Origin: Heterodontus francisci
Taxonomy: Eukaryota
DNA: 64,000 nt
Assembly (NCBI RefSeq): GCF_036365525.1
Contig: NC_090399.1
Span: 32,210,430-32,274,429 of the forward strand
Reading direction: 5' to 3'
The notes beneath the pieces are model-generated. The model was given only the letters and a program-made list of their open reading frames with translations. It was not told where the DNA came from and did no database searches. The stretch's first letter is position 1, and each line of letters starts with the position of its first letter. Shown in pieces: positions 43,490-57,749 of the stretch. The translations under genes and the position numbers were made by a program.

Positions 43490-46310
43490 GAAAAAGATTA
43501 AGGGCAGGGGGATGTGGCTGCCTGGAAGGCTGACTAGGAAGGTTTATATGAAATTGTGAACAACTTGGGAGAAACCAACATTAATTGGACCATCCAGACA
43601 CGAGGAAAGAAAATACAGAACATGTGGTGTCATAGAAATCAGCGTAAACCCGAGAAATAGAAGAGGGCAGGTGTTGAATTGAGAATAAGTATTCTCTATG
43701 GTCTTACTTCCGCAGGTGAAGGAGTGACTAAGATGTTGTATGTTATGCTACTACTCCGGATTGGGAATGGTATTTCTGGAAATGGACGCTGGGACCATTT
43801 TACCCATACAATGAAAGGCCCCCAGATACAAATCTGTACGTTTACCATAGAACAGACAACCTGCCAATATACATGACAAGACTACAAAGTTGAACAAGAA
43901 CAGGAGGTTAGCCTTGAATACACTTGCACCAGCTCCAGAGATGTCACCTTTTACAAGGTAGAATCAGATGAATCAACAGGGAACTCGAAAAGAAGCACTG
44001 TGGATTAAGAATCATAATTAAATGGGACTAAGTTGTGTTGTTCCAAATTTCTGCCTCATAATAACAGGACATATCCATGCCAGCATAAAAATGGGGGCTC
44101 AGGGATTATGCCAAGCTGTGTAAAAGCATTAATAAAACTAGAGGGTGAAAGAAAAGTTATTTGCAATGGCCAGGAAGTTAATGGTGTGATCGAGGTGGAT
44201 GAAGGATTTGGAAGACAGTTTGAATGTATTTGTGAAAATATCACTCAGACAAATCAGACATGAAGTGCTATTGGGGGAAGAACTGTAATCGGGTTCCCTA
44301 GGAAAATTGGGAATTCCGTATGCAGGAGAACAAGGCGACTCTAGATTAGATGGGATGGGAGAAACCTTGATTCAAACACTAAATTAACCGTGGATGTGGC
44401 AGTGACATAGAAGTTGGAAAGGAGACATGCACTGTGATAATGGGGGAGGGACAGGTAGCGTGATTTTCCTGCACAAGATAACATTAACCATGAAACCAAG
44501 AAGTGACACAGCACTGAAAGGAAAGAACTGTCTCATCTAGTTTAAAACGTGTTCATGGATTAGTAATTGAATCAGTAAATGTATTATTCAACAATAAGTG
44601 CTTTAGAAATCATACTGCTGGTGATAAATATAAGCCTGAATTTGAGAACTGATTTATGTGAGAGGAATTACTCACAATTAATAGACCAAAATGGGAGGAG
44701 AATTAGTGAAGGAACTGTTAGTAAAAAATTGAAAAGAGGAACTAACGAATGAAAAATGATGGAGAACATGAGGAGAATTATTTTTATAGTCGTTTGGTAG
44801 GACAGAGCTTGAGAATTGCTGAAAGCAGAGACATGTTGTTGAAGTAATTCATCTTGCACTCATCAGGACAATACACAAGAATAACCAATGTAGGAGAAAA
44901 CAGCAACTTTTACTGCATGAGCAGAGAGTGCTGATTGGTTGGCAAGTGAACTCCGATTGGAAAAGGCATTGCCATGGAGAATGCACCAGTTTACGGTGAC
45001 TGACAGTTAACTGCCAACCTTTGTTTGAAATTTAAACCAGGCAGCTTAACTCTGATTGGTCAAAGCATTGCCCTGAGGAATAAACCAGCGAATGGCTGTC
45101 ACTTTATTTTGTTGAGCTGAAACAGGCACAATGTGTGTACATGTTCTTTCTGTCTGCAAAGAACAGGGCACTGTGTATTAATGTATGTAGCTTCCAAAAT
45201 GTGCAAATGCACCACACCACGAACTCTACTGACAATCTTAAATTGGTTGTCAACGTAATTCTAAGAACACTGTGGATTATTTAGCAAATGTGGTCCAATT
45301 GCAGAATCACATCTAATGTTGGACACTGTGTTTTGAGTTTTGCAAGCACTGGCAGGTTGGGTACGGCCTGTACCTTGCCCATTGCGAACAGCGGAAGGGA
45401 CATGTTGTTTCATATGATCCGCGAGTCTTTGAGATGTACGGCCTATATACCTAGCATCACAGTGACATTGAAATTCATATATCACATTACTCATTTGTGT
45501 TATAGGAAGGACGTTTTTTTGGCTTGATGGCAGCATCCTGTTAGTGATGAACACCACACGTGATGCACCTTTATAGCAGCAGCGTGAAACAGCTAGCTTT
45601 ACCTGTTGCTCAAAGTTTTGGGATATGTTCACCTTCCAGGGTAATTTGAGGTAGACTTCTCATGCAGTATAAGTTGTTGTTTTCCCCTACATTGGTTAAT
45701 CTTGCATATTGTCCTAATGAGTGCAAGACGAAAAGCTTCAACAACATGTCTCTATTTTCAGCAGCTCTCAAGAATTATTTTAAATTGTGAAGAAAGTGAA
45801 TGTTGACTGAATAACTGGAAATAAGATCATGACAAGATTAGCAGGAGTAAACAGAATTGATATAGAGAGAATGTTGGGGCACCATGAGGTAATGAAGAGG
45901 CAAATAAAAGGATCATTGGTGTTTATTAATCAACAAGAAGTTGATAATCTGAGGGAGCATCAGAATCGATTTTCGCCTGAAGAAGAATTGGTGCTGGAAG
46001 TGGGAAGATCCAGGGTAATACAAGCGAGTTGATGCAGGCAAACAATGAGACTGATCAGAATCCAGACCTGACTAGATGTGTCACGTGTAACAACTGAGAA
46101 AATGGGTCAAAGGAACCAGGAAACAGACCATAACATGATGCACCAGTTGAGAATGTACACCCCTCTGGCCCCCCCACCCCAAGATGAAGTGGTATTGGCA
46201 CTGCCCATGTTAGCAAAGATGGGGTCAGACTGAGAAAGTACCAGGTAGAGTCTATGAGAGGGACTGAAGACTCTGACGTAGTACCAATGAATATACAACA
46301 TGAAGAATAC
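43490..46310 (+). mobile_element. Decayed LTR-element/ERV interior: integrase C-terminus followed by a spliced env-like pseudogene, split by a Penelope insertion
   Basis: EGLYEIVNNLG...WCHRNQRKP resembles a GPY/F module; then acceptor ttacttccgcag, ATG and hydrophobic MLYVMLLLRIGNGISG; Cys-containing purine-rich decayed frames; AGVNRIDIE. Confidence 0.5.
44809..45771 (-). mobile_element. Penelope-like element with GIY-YIG endonuclease and an inverted pseudo-LTR
   Basis: SNVIYEFQCHCDARYIGRTSQRL..KQH; ~110-bp inverted repeats at 44809-44921 and 45659-45771. Confidence 0.9.
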
Positions 46311-47961
46311 CCACAGCACAATTTAACAATAACTTTAACTTTATTCCATGGTGTATCGGCTATCAAGCCCAATGTAATAATTAGCTGTAACATCAATCCC
46401 TTATGAACAAGTTGAAAAGCCCAATTTTACAATCAATTATAACTTTATTCCACTGAGCATCATTTATCAATGCCAATTTAAGAATTAACTCTAACCTTAT
46501 TTCCCTGTGCATTGTTAATAAGCCCAACAGAACAATTCACTGTAACTTTATACACTGTGTATCAGTTACCATGTCTAATTTAGCAGTTAGCTGCAAGTTT
46601 ATTCCCCAGTGTATTGCTTGTCAAGTCCAGTTTAACATATCACTGCGACCTTTTACTCATGTGCTCTTGGTATAATGGCCAATTTAACAATTAACTCATT
46701 TTATTATTCAGCATATAATTGAGCAATTAATAACATTATTTCTCTAACATTCTTTACTGTAATACAATATAAGAATAAACTATTTTTATGCAGCTGGGTA
46801 TGATTTATCATATCAAATTTAAATAATTAACTTTTTGCCATGTGTAAACTTTTCTCCACATGTATTGTAACAAGCACAATATAACACTTAGCTGTAACTT
46901 TCTATCCTGTGTATTAGCTATCATCCCCAATTTTACAACTGACGGCATCTTTATTCCATTATGCACTGGTAATCATATCCAATTAAATAAATAATTATTA
47001 CCTTATTCTCCTGTAAATTATCATGCAATTAATTGTAACTTTATTCACCAGTGTATTGTTTTCATCAAATTTAACATTAACACATCTAACAGTAACTTCT
47101 TTCCATTTTTGTTGCTTCATATGTCAATTTTTATAATTGACTGTAATGTTTTAACCTGGGTACTTATAATAGTATCCAATTTCACCATTTGGCATCACAC
47201 ACACTTGTTCTGACCAGTGAAAAAGTTAACTAACTTTATTATCTAGTGTTCTTATATGCAATTGGATGATTTTCTGTCAATTTATTTTGTGGCATATAGC
47301 TTATCAGATCAAATGTAAAAATATCTGTATGGGTTATCAAGCCCAATTTAACAAGTAACTGTAGCTTTACTCCCCTGTGCATTGTTATCAAAGTCCAATA
47401 CAATAATTAACTGTAGCCATATTCCTTGTGCATTAATTATCAAGCACAATGAACAACTAATTGTAAATTCATCCCCTGTGCATTAGTTAGCAAGATCAAT
47501 TCAACAACTGAATGCAACTTTATTCTTTTGTGTATTGTCATCAAACCCAATATTACAATTTAGTATAACTCTAATCCCGTTGTATTAGTTATCAGGAGCA
47601 ATGAATTATTCATTGTAAACTTACACCAAGTGTATTAGATTATTGATTGCAATTCAACAATTAACTGTAACTGTAGTCCCCTGTCCATTGGTTCTCATGT
47701 CCAACTGAATAATTAACTGTTATTTTATTCCCATGTGTAATGGTCATCATGTCCAATTAAACAATTAACTGTAATGTAATTACCCTGTGTATTGGTTTTA
47801 AGGCCAATTTAATAATTAATTGCAGCTCTGTACTCTTGTGAATTTATCAGGACCAGTTTAATGATTAACTAATTTCATTCACTAATATATTAGTTACAAG
47901 CAAATTAACAAGTATTTAATTGTACATTTATTCCTCACATATTGTTTATCATATTAGAATA

Positions 47962-48905
47962 GTCTCATCGACAGGTTTGCGGCTGCCTGCAATGAATTTG
48001 GCCTCGCCATCAGCCTCAAGAAAACGAACATCATGGGACAGGGCGTCAGAAATGCTCCATCCATCAATATCGGCGACCACGCTCTGGAAGTGGTTCAAGA
48101 GTTCACCTACCAAGGCTCAACTATCACCAGTAACCTGTCTCTTGATGCAGAAATCAACAAGCGCATGGGAAAGGCGTCCGCTGCTATGTCCAGACTGGCC
48201 AAGAGAGTGTGGGAAAATAACGCAATGACACGGAACAGAAAAGCTTGAGTGTATCAAGCCTGTGTCCTCAGTACCTTGCTCTACGACAGCGAGGCCTGGA
48301 CAATGTATGTCAGCCAAGAGCGATGTCTCGATTCATTCCATCTTCGCTGCCTCCGGAGAATCCTTGGTATCAGGTGGCAGGACCGCATCTCCAACACAGA
48401 AGTCCTCGAGGCGGCCAACATCCCCAGCTTATACACACTACTGAGTCAGCGGCGCGAGAGATGGCTTGGCCATGTGAGCCGCATGGAAGATGGCAGGATC
48501 CCCAAGGACACATTGTACAGCGAGCTCGCCACTGGTATCAGACCTACCGGCCGTCCATGTCTCCGCTTTAAAGACGTTTGCAAATGCGACATGAAGTCCT
48601 GTGACATTGATCACAAGTCATGGGATTCAGTTGCCAGCAATCGCCAGAGCTGGCGGGTAGCCATAAAGGCGGAGCTAAAGTGCAGCGAGTCGAAGAGACT
48701 TAGCAGTTGGCAGGAAAAAAGACAGAAGCGCAAGGGGAGAGCCAACTGTGTAACAGCGCCGACAACCAATATTTTCTGCAGCACCTGTGGAAGAGTCGGT
48801 CACTCTAGTATTGGTCTTTATAGCCACTCCAGGTGCTGCTTAACAAACTTCTGACCAACTCCAGGCGCTTACCCATTGTCTCCCGAGACAAGGAGGCCAA
48901 AGAAG
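47962..48905 (+). mobile_element. RTE-clade LINE, 5'-truncated
   Basis: YQACVLSTLLY, FHLRCLRRILGIRWQDRISN, RWLGHVSRMEDGRIPK; C2H2 CSTC...H; aagaag tail; TSD ATTAGAATA. Confidence 0.93.
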
Positions 48906-51900
48906 ATTAGAATATAATTATTTACTGCAATTTTATGAAGTATATTATTTGTTATATCAAATTTAAATAACTAACGTTCCCCCTGAGTATTGCATAATCT
49001 ATCCAATTTAATAATTTACTGTAACTCTTAACACATCGATTAGTTCTCACATCCAATTGAACATAAAACTGTAACTTTATTCCACTGTGTATTGCATATC
49101 TGGCCCAATCTAACAATTAACTGTAACATTGTTCCACTGTGCATTGGCCTCCAAGCCCAATTTAACAACCAGCTGTAATCTTATTCTCCTGTGAACAAGA
49201 TAACAAGCACAGTCTATCAATATCTGTATTTGTATTATTCAATTAACAATGAACTGTAAATTTATTCCCCAGTCTATTGCTTGTCTGGTCAAAATGAACA
49301 ATTAACAGTAACTTTATTATGCTTTGGATTGGTTATTGCATCTAATTAAACCATCCCCGTAACTTTATACCAAATTGTGCTGGTTTTCAAGCGCAATTTT
49401 AAAAATTAACTGTAATCTTTCTCCCCTGTGTTCTGTTGTCAAACCCAATGTAACAATTAACTGTAATCTTTCTCCCCTGTGTACTGTTGTCAAGCGCACT
49501 GTAACAATTAACTGTAATCGTTCTCCCCTGTGTACTGTTACCAAGCCCAATGTAACAATTAACTGTAATCTTTCTCCCCTGTGTACTGTTGTCAAGCACA
49601 CTGTAACAATTAACTGTTACTATATATCTTGTGCATTAGTTATCAAGCACAGTAAACAATTAACTGCAACTTGATATTTTGCGGATTAGTTATCAGTTTA
49701 AATTTAACAATTACTTGCAACTTTAGTCAGTTGAACATTGATTATAATGGACAATTAAATAATTAATTGTAATTGTGTTTTTGTATTGTTGATCAAAAAT
49801 ACAATTAATAATTAATTGTATCTTTTTCTCCACCTGTATCGTAACAAGTTCAATATAACAATTAGATGTAACTTTCTATCCTGTGTACGAGCTATCAAGC
49901 TCAATTTTACTACTGATTGCACCTATATTCCCTTTTGTGATGGTTATTATATTCAACTAAACAATTAATTGCAGACTTATTCCATTGTATATTCCTACCA
50001 AGCCCAGTATAATAATGTAACTTTATGCACCAGTGTATTGATGGCAAGCCCAATTTAACAATTAACTCTAATCTTATTCCACTCTGCCTTATCATAAAAC
50101 CCAATATAACAATTTACTGTAACGATATTCCTTGTGTATTGGTTATCAAGCCTAATATAAGGATGACTGTCACTTTATTACCCTATGTATTGGTTATCAA
50201 GCTCAGTTTAAGGGTTAACTGTAGCATTGTACCCATGTACACTCATTATCACAACCAGTTTACCAATTAGCGCATTCTGCATACAAGTGATGAATTAACT
50301 GTTACTTTATACCCCAACGCACTATTTATCACAATCCAAAATAACAATTAGCTGCAATTTTCTGCACCAGCATACAAGTTATTATATCCATTTTTGTAAT
50401 TTTTCTCCTGTGCATTTTATAAGTAACTGAAACACTCGTAACCCATGTATTGGTTATTGTGTCCAATTTAACAAAGAACTAATTTATTTATCAGTTATTT
50501 GGTATATTCAATTGAACAATTAACTGTAACATTATTCCCCAGCAGACTGCTTATCTGGTCAACTTTACTAATTCCTCATAAATTATTACTCTGTGTATTG
50601 GTTATCATGTTCAATTTAAACATAACTGGAAATTTATTCCACAGTGGATCTGTTACCAAGTCCAATGTAACAATTCACTGTAACTTTATGCACTGTGTAT
50701 GAGTTGTCATGTTAATTTAATAATAGCTATTACTTTATTCCCCAATGTATTCTATATCAAGTCCAGTTTAACAATTAATGGTAGCTTTGTACCCATGTGT
50801 ACTCAGTATCGTAAGCAATGTAACAAATAATTCATTTTATTTGTGGATGGACAGACAATTAAACAATTAACTGTAATTTTATTTTCCTAGGTATTCTTTA
50901 TTGTAATCCAATATGACAATACACTGTTATTTTTATGCACCTGGGTATAATTTACCATATCAAATTGAAATAACTAACTTTTTTTCTGTGTGCATTGCGT
51001 AAAATGTTTTATTTTAGAATTAACTGAAACACTCTAAATCTGTGTATTAGGTATATTGTTCAATGTAACAATTTAGTGCATCAATTCACTCCATGCACTG
51101 GTTTTCACAATCAATTAAACAATTAACTAGTTTTATTAGGCAGTGAATTTGTCATATTAAATTGAACAATTAACTGGTGCTTTAATCCTATCTCGACTAC
51201 TCAGCTGATCAAATTTAATCATGAGTGGTAACTTTATTGTGCTTTGTATTTGTTATTACATCCAATTAAACTATACCTGTAACTTTATTCCACTGTGTAT
51301 TAATTGCCAAGGCCAATTAGCCAATTAACTGTAACCTTATACCCCTGTGTATGGTTATCAAGCCTGATATAACAGTTAACTGTAACTTTATTCCCTGGGC
51401 ATTAGTTATCAAGTGCAATAAACAATTAACTGTAACTTGAAATACTGCATATTAGTTTTCAGGTGCAATTAAACAATTAACTGCAATTCTATTCTCCTCT
51501 ATATATGATTTATCAAGCCACAATTAACAATGAACTGTATCCTTATTCCCAAATGGATTGTAAGAAGCTCAATTTAACAATTAGCTTTATCTTTATATCC
51601 TGTGTACTAGCTCACATTTCCAATATTACTACTGACTGTATATTTATTTCCTTATGCAGTGGCTATCATCTCCAAGTAATCAATTAATTATAGCTTTATT
51701 CCCCTGCAAATTGCTACCAAGCCCAATGTAACAATTCACTGTAACTTTTTGTGCCGTATATGAGTTTCCACGTCCAATTTACTAATAGCTGTAACTTTAT
51801 TCCCCAATGTATTCCATATCAAGCCCAGTTTAACAATTAACAGCAGCTTTGTACCCATGTGCATCAATTAATTATAACTTTATTCCCCTGTAAATTGTTA

Positions 51901-52305
51901 TCAAGCCCAATTAATTGTAACTTTATACACCATTGTACCAAATTGAACTGAGTTACATTTTCCCCTCTATCTTGCTTTGTAAGTCCATTTTTATAATTAC
52001 TCAATTGACTAAATGTCCTTACCTGTGTACTCATTATAGTATCCAATCTAACGAGTTAACTGCAGCTATGCATCACATGAAATCGTTATCACGACAAATT
52101 AAACAATAACTAATTTTATTTACCAGTACGCCTGTTTTATGCAATTGAACAATAAACTGTAAATTTATTCCAGGGCATGTTGCCTACATCAAATTTAAAA
52201 AATAACTAACTTTATAACCCAGTGTATGAGTTGCCAACCCAATTTTAATATTAAATGTAACCTTATTCCCCTGCACATTGTTATCAAGCCCAACTTAACA
52301 ATTAA

Positions 52306-55300
52306 CTCTCCACTTGCCTGGATGTGTGCAGCTCAAACAACACTCAAGAAGCTCGACGTCATCCAGAATAAAGCAGCCCGCTTGATTGGCACCCTATCCA
52401 CGAACATTCACTCCCTTCACCATCGACGCACAGTGGCAGTGGTGTACATAGAACATAGGAAAAAATACAGCACAGAAAGAGGTCATTCAGCCCATCATGT
52501 CCGCACCAGCTGAATAAGCTATCCACCCAAACTAATCCCACCTTCCAGCACCTGGTCCATAGCCCCACAGGTTACAGTACTTTAGGTGCATGTCCAGGTA
52601 CCTTCTTAAAGGATTGAGGGTCTCTGCCTCCACCACTATTCCTGGCAGTGAATTCCACCCACCACCCTGAGGTGAAAAGTTTCTCCTCATGTCCCCTCTA
52701 AACCTTCTACCAATCACCTTAAATCTGTGTCCCCTGGTAACTGATCTCCCTGCCAGGGGAAACACATCCTTTCTGTCTACTCTATGTAGGTGCCTCATAA
52801 TTATGTACACCTCAATCAAATCTCCCCTCAGCCTCCTCAATTCCAGGAAAAACAACTCCAACCTATCCAATGTTTCCACGTAGTCACAACCCTCAAGCCC
52901 TGGTAACATTCTCGTAAATCTCCTCTGCACTCTCCCCAGATCAATTATGTCCTTTCTGTAATGTGGTGACCAGAACTACATGCAATACTCCAGCTGTGGC
53001 CTAACCAGTGCTCTATACAGCTCCAGCATCACATCCCTACTTTTGTATTCTATACCGCATCCAGTAAAGGAAAGCAATCCATATCCTTCTTAACCACACT
53101 ATCTATCTGTCCTGCCACCTTTAGAGACCTGTGGACACGCACTCCTAGGTCTCTCACTTCTTCTACACCTTTCTATAGCCTCCCGTTTATTGTATATTCC
53201 CTCGCTTTACTTGCCCTCCCAAAATGCATTACCTCACACTTCTCAGGATTGAATTCCACTTTTCCACCCACTCAACCAAACCGTTGACATCATTCTGGAG
53301 TCCACGACTCTCCTACTCACTGTTAACTGCACGACCAATTTTTGAGCCAATTCTGGATCCAACCTGCCACCTTCCCCTGTATCCCATGGGCTTTCATCTT
53401 ACTGACCAGTCTGCCATGCGGGACCTTGTCAAATGCCTTACTAAAATCTATGTAGAACACATCCATTGCACTACCCTCATCAATCCTCCTTGTTTCTTCC
53501 TCCAAAAATTCAGTCAAGTTCGCAAGACATGACCTTCCCTTAACAAATCCATGCTGACTATCCCTGATTATTCCATGCCTTTCTAAATGGCAGTTTATCC
53601 TGTCCCTCAGAATATATTCTAACAATTTACCAACTGCAGAGGTCAGACTGACTGGCCTATAATTACCTGGCTTATCTCTTGCACCCTTTTTAAACAATGG
53701 TACAGTGTTCACAGACCTCGCCTGTATCTAGTGAGGATTTGAAGATGATCATCAGCGCATCTGCTATTTCCTCCCTGGCTTCCTTTATCAATCTGGGATG
53801 CAAAACATCCAGCCCTGTAGATTTATCCACTTTCAGGGATGCCAGACCCTCAAGCACTTCCTCTCTCATTATGCTTATCTTACCTAATATTTCACACTCC
53901 TTCTTTAACTACAATGTCCGCATCAACCCTCTCCTCTGTGAAGACAGAGACAAAAAATTCATTAAGAACCCTGCCCACATCTTCTGCATCCAAGAATAAG
54001 TTCCCCTGTACATCTCTGATCGGCCCTACCCTTTCCTTAGTTATCCTCCTACCCTTAATGTACTGATAAAAGATCTTCAGTTTTTCCTTGATTTTACCTG
54101 CCAATAATTGTTCATGTCCTCTCTTTGCTTTTCTAATTTCCTTTTTGACTTCACCCCTGCACTTTCTATACTCCTCTAGGCTTTTTAAAGTATTAAGATA
54201 TTTGTGGTCATCATAAGCTTTATTTTTTGGCTTTAACTTACCCTGAAAGATTCTAGATAACCAGGGAGCTCTAGATTTGGCAGTACTACCCTTTATCTTT
54301 GTGTGGACATGCCTACTCTGTGCATGTAGTATCTTGCTCTTGAATGCCTCCCACTGGTTTGCCACTGATTTTCCTTCAAGTAGCTGCATCCAGTCCACTT
54401 TTGCCAGGTCACCTCTCAGCTTCGTAAAATTTGCCTTCCCCCAATTTAGAACCTTTGCTCTTGTTTTATCTTTGTCATTTTCCATGATTATGATAAAACT
54501 AACCGGGTGCTCCGGTTTCCTCCCACATGCCAAAGACTTGCAGGTTGATAGGTTAATTGGCCATCATAAATTGCCCCTAGTATAGGTAGGTGGTAGGGAA
54601 ATATATAGGGACAGGTGGGGATGTGATAGGAATACGGGATTAGTGTAGGATTAGTATAAATGGGTGGTTGATGGTCGGCACAGACTCGGTGGGCCGAAGG
54701 GCCTGTTAAAGTGCTGTATCTCTAAACTAAACTAACTGTATTATGGTCACTATCTCCAAAATGGTCACACACTGTTACTTCATCCACTTGCCCAGCTTCA
54801 TTACCGAAAATTAAATCTGGAATTGCATCCTCTCTCGTTGGGCTTGTTACGTGCTGGCTAAAAAAGTTCTCTTGAATGCAGTTCAAGAGTTTTGTCCCCT
54901 CTGTGCCCTTCACACTGTTTGCATCCCACTTGATATTGGGGTAGTTGAAATCCCCAACCATCACCACCCTAAAGTTATTGCGCTCAGAAACTTGCCTATA
55001 TATTTGTTCCTTTATCTCCCTCTCACTATTTGGGGGTCTATAGTACACTCCTAGTGCTGTGGCTGCCACCTTTTTATTTCTGAACTCCACCCATTTGGCC
55101 TCATTTGATGATTCACTTAGCATATCATCCCTCATCAAAGCTGTTATTGATTCCTTGACTAAATAATGCTACACCCCTCCCTTTTTTTATCTCCCTCTCT
55201 ATCACGCCTGAATACAGTAAATCCAGGGATGTTAACCTGCCATTTTTGCCCTCCTGAAGCCAGGTTTCCATTATAGCAACAATATCACGTTGCTTTGTGT

Positions 55301-55674
55301 CTATCTGTGATCTCAAGTCATCTACAAGATGCACTGAAGCAATGCACCAAGGATCCTTAGACAGCACCTTCCAACCCATGACCTCTACCAACTAGAAGGA
55401 CAAGGGCAGCAAATGCTTGGGAACACCACCACCTGCAAGCTCCCCCCCAAGTCACACACTATCCTGACTTGGAACTATATCGCCGTTCCTTCACTGTCAC
55501 CGGGTCAAAATCCTGGAACTCCCTTCCTAACAGCACTGTGGGTGTCCCTACCCCACATGGACTGCAGTGGTTCAAGAAGGCAGCTCACCACCACCTTCTC
55601 AAGGGCAATTAGGGATGGGTAATAAATGCTGTCCTAGCCAGCCACGTCCACATCCCACGAATGAAGAAAAAAAT
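52306..55674. mobile_element. Three-level nest: + strand LINE 3' end (52306-52447 and 55319-55674) split by a - strand CR1 (52448-55318), which contains a V-SINE fragment (54503-54730)
   Basis: The host sequence gtgtac|catctacaagatg resumes after the CR1. CR1 motifs YYRPPNS, GDFNYP, GNYRPVSLTS, IDFSKAFDKVPH. The SINE is flanked by an aaactaa duplication. Confidence 0.9.
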
Positions 55675-56140
55675 AACCGTAGCTGTATTCTTTGTGCTTT
55701 AGATATTGAGCACAATGTACAACTAATTGTAACTTTAGACCAATGAAATGTAACCTTTTTGCTCGTTGTTTTGCTGTCAAAACTGAAAGAATATCTAATT
55801 GTAAATTTAATTTCCTGTATATTGGTCTCAGCAGCAATGAATAATCAATTGTAAATTAATACTGCCCTCGATTTTACATGCCCACCACCAAGATAAGCTC
55901 ATTTAAATGGTCAGGGTGGACTCCCCCACCCAACTGCCCCCAATGACATGGAGGGGGCGGGTGGTCCATCCCTGATAATGGTGTCCGGCACCATTGCGCA
56001 GGCACCAACACGACTTCTAAAGGGCTTCAAGCCCTTATATATAATTTGAATTTTTAAAATTATATACACTGTGTGTATTCATTATCAATTGCAATAAAAC
56101 AATTAACTGTAACATTATTCCACTGCATTGATTATCATAG

Positions 56141-57345
56141 GTAAAGGGGAACCAGTGGATTTTCAGAAGGCTTTTGATAAGGTCCCACACAGGAGGTTAG
56201 TAAATAAAATTAGAGGACATGACATTGGGGGTAATATTCTGCAATGGATTGAGAACTGGTTCCTAAACAGAAAGCAGAGTGTTTGAACAAACAAATCATT
56301 CTCTGGATGGCAGGCAGTTACGAGTGAGATACCGCAAGGATCAGTGCTTGGGTCACAGATGTTCACAATCTATATCAATGATTTGGATGTGGGGACCAAT
56401 TGTAATATTTCCAAATTTGCTGATGACACAAAACTAGGAGGGAATGTAAGTTGTGAGGAAGATGTAAGGAGGCTTCGAGGGGATTTGGACAGGCTAAGTG
56501 AATGGGCAAGAACATGGCAGAGAGAATAAAATGTGAATAAGTGTGAAGTAATCCGCTTTGGTAGAAAAAACAGAGAGGCAGAGTATTTCATAAATGTTGA
56601 GAGGTTGGGAAGTGTTGTTGTCCAAAGGGACCTGGGTGTCCTTGTTCATGAGTCAATAAAAGTTAACATGCAGATGCAGCAAGCAATTAAAAAGGCATAT
56701 AGTCTGTTGGCTTTCATTGTAAGAGGATTTGAGTACAGGAGTAAATAAGTCTTGCTGCAAATGTGTCGAGCCTTGGTGAGACTGCATCTAGAGTATTGAG
56801 AACAGTTTGGTCTCCTTACCTAAGGAAGGATATACTTGCCATAGAGGGACTGCAACAGTGGATCACCAGACAAACCCTGGGATGGCAGGATTGTCTTATG
56901 AGGAGACATTGCAGAAACTGGGCCTATATTCTCTAGAGTTTTGAAGAATGAGAGGTGATCTTATTGATACTGACAGAATTCTTACAGGGCGAGATAGGGT
57001 AGATGTGGATAGGATGTTTCCTCTGGTTGGTGAGTCTAGAACCTGGGGACATAGTCTTGCAATAAGGGGTGGACCATTTAAGACTGAGATGAGGAGGAAT
57101 TTCTTTACTCAGAGGGTGGTGAATCTGTGGAATTCTCTGTCCGAGAGGGCTGTGGAAACTCAATCATTCAGCATGTTCAAGACAGAAATCGATAGGTTTC
57201 TGGATAATAATTATATCAAGGGTTATGGGGATCATAAGGAAAATGGCTTAAAGGTAAATGATCGGCCATGATCCATTTGAATGGATGAGCAGGCTGGATG
57301 GGTCAAATGATCTACTCCTGTTCCTATTTCATATGATCCTATGAG
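56141..57345 (+). mobile_element. CR1, 5'-truncated, at the satellite orientation switch
   Basis: DFQKAFDKVPH, FTIYINDL, KFADDTKLGG, EMRRNFFTQRVVNLWNSL; tail cctatttcatatgatcctatg. Confidence 0.92.
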
Positions 57346-57749
57346 AAGCATTATGCAGGAGAATAACGTTACAGTCAATTGTTCAATTGAATATAACACA
57401 CTGGCTAATAAAATTAGTTAATTGTTAAGTTGGTCATGATAGCCAATGCATGATTTCAGAGCAACAGTTAATTGTTAATTTAGCCATGGTAACTAATACA
57501 CAGGTTAGCAATGTTACAATTACTATAAAATTGGGTGTATTAAGAAATACACAGGAGGAAAAGTTATAGTTATTTATATTTGACATGATAAATGGTACAC
57601 TGTTGCTGAAAATTGCAGTTAATTGTTACATTGGAATATGATGAACATTGCATGGGGGAATAAAGTACCAGTTAATTGTTTCATTGCATATACGCTGTCT
57701 AATAAAATGAGTTATTGGTTAACTCAGCTGTGATAGCGCATGCACCTGG

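Larger units (their letters stand above)
46310..56140 (+). repeat. AT-rich 51-bp satellite (approximately TAACAATTAACTGTAACTTTATTCCCCTGTGTATTGGTTATCAAGCCCAAT), forward arm, interrupted by TEs
   Basis: Period of 51 measured at 49451/49502; many diverged monomers; 17-aa periodicity in the ORF track. Confidence 0.93.
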
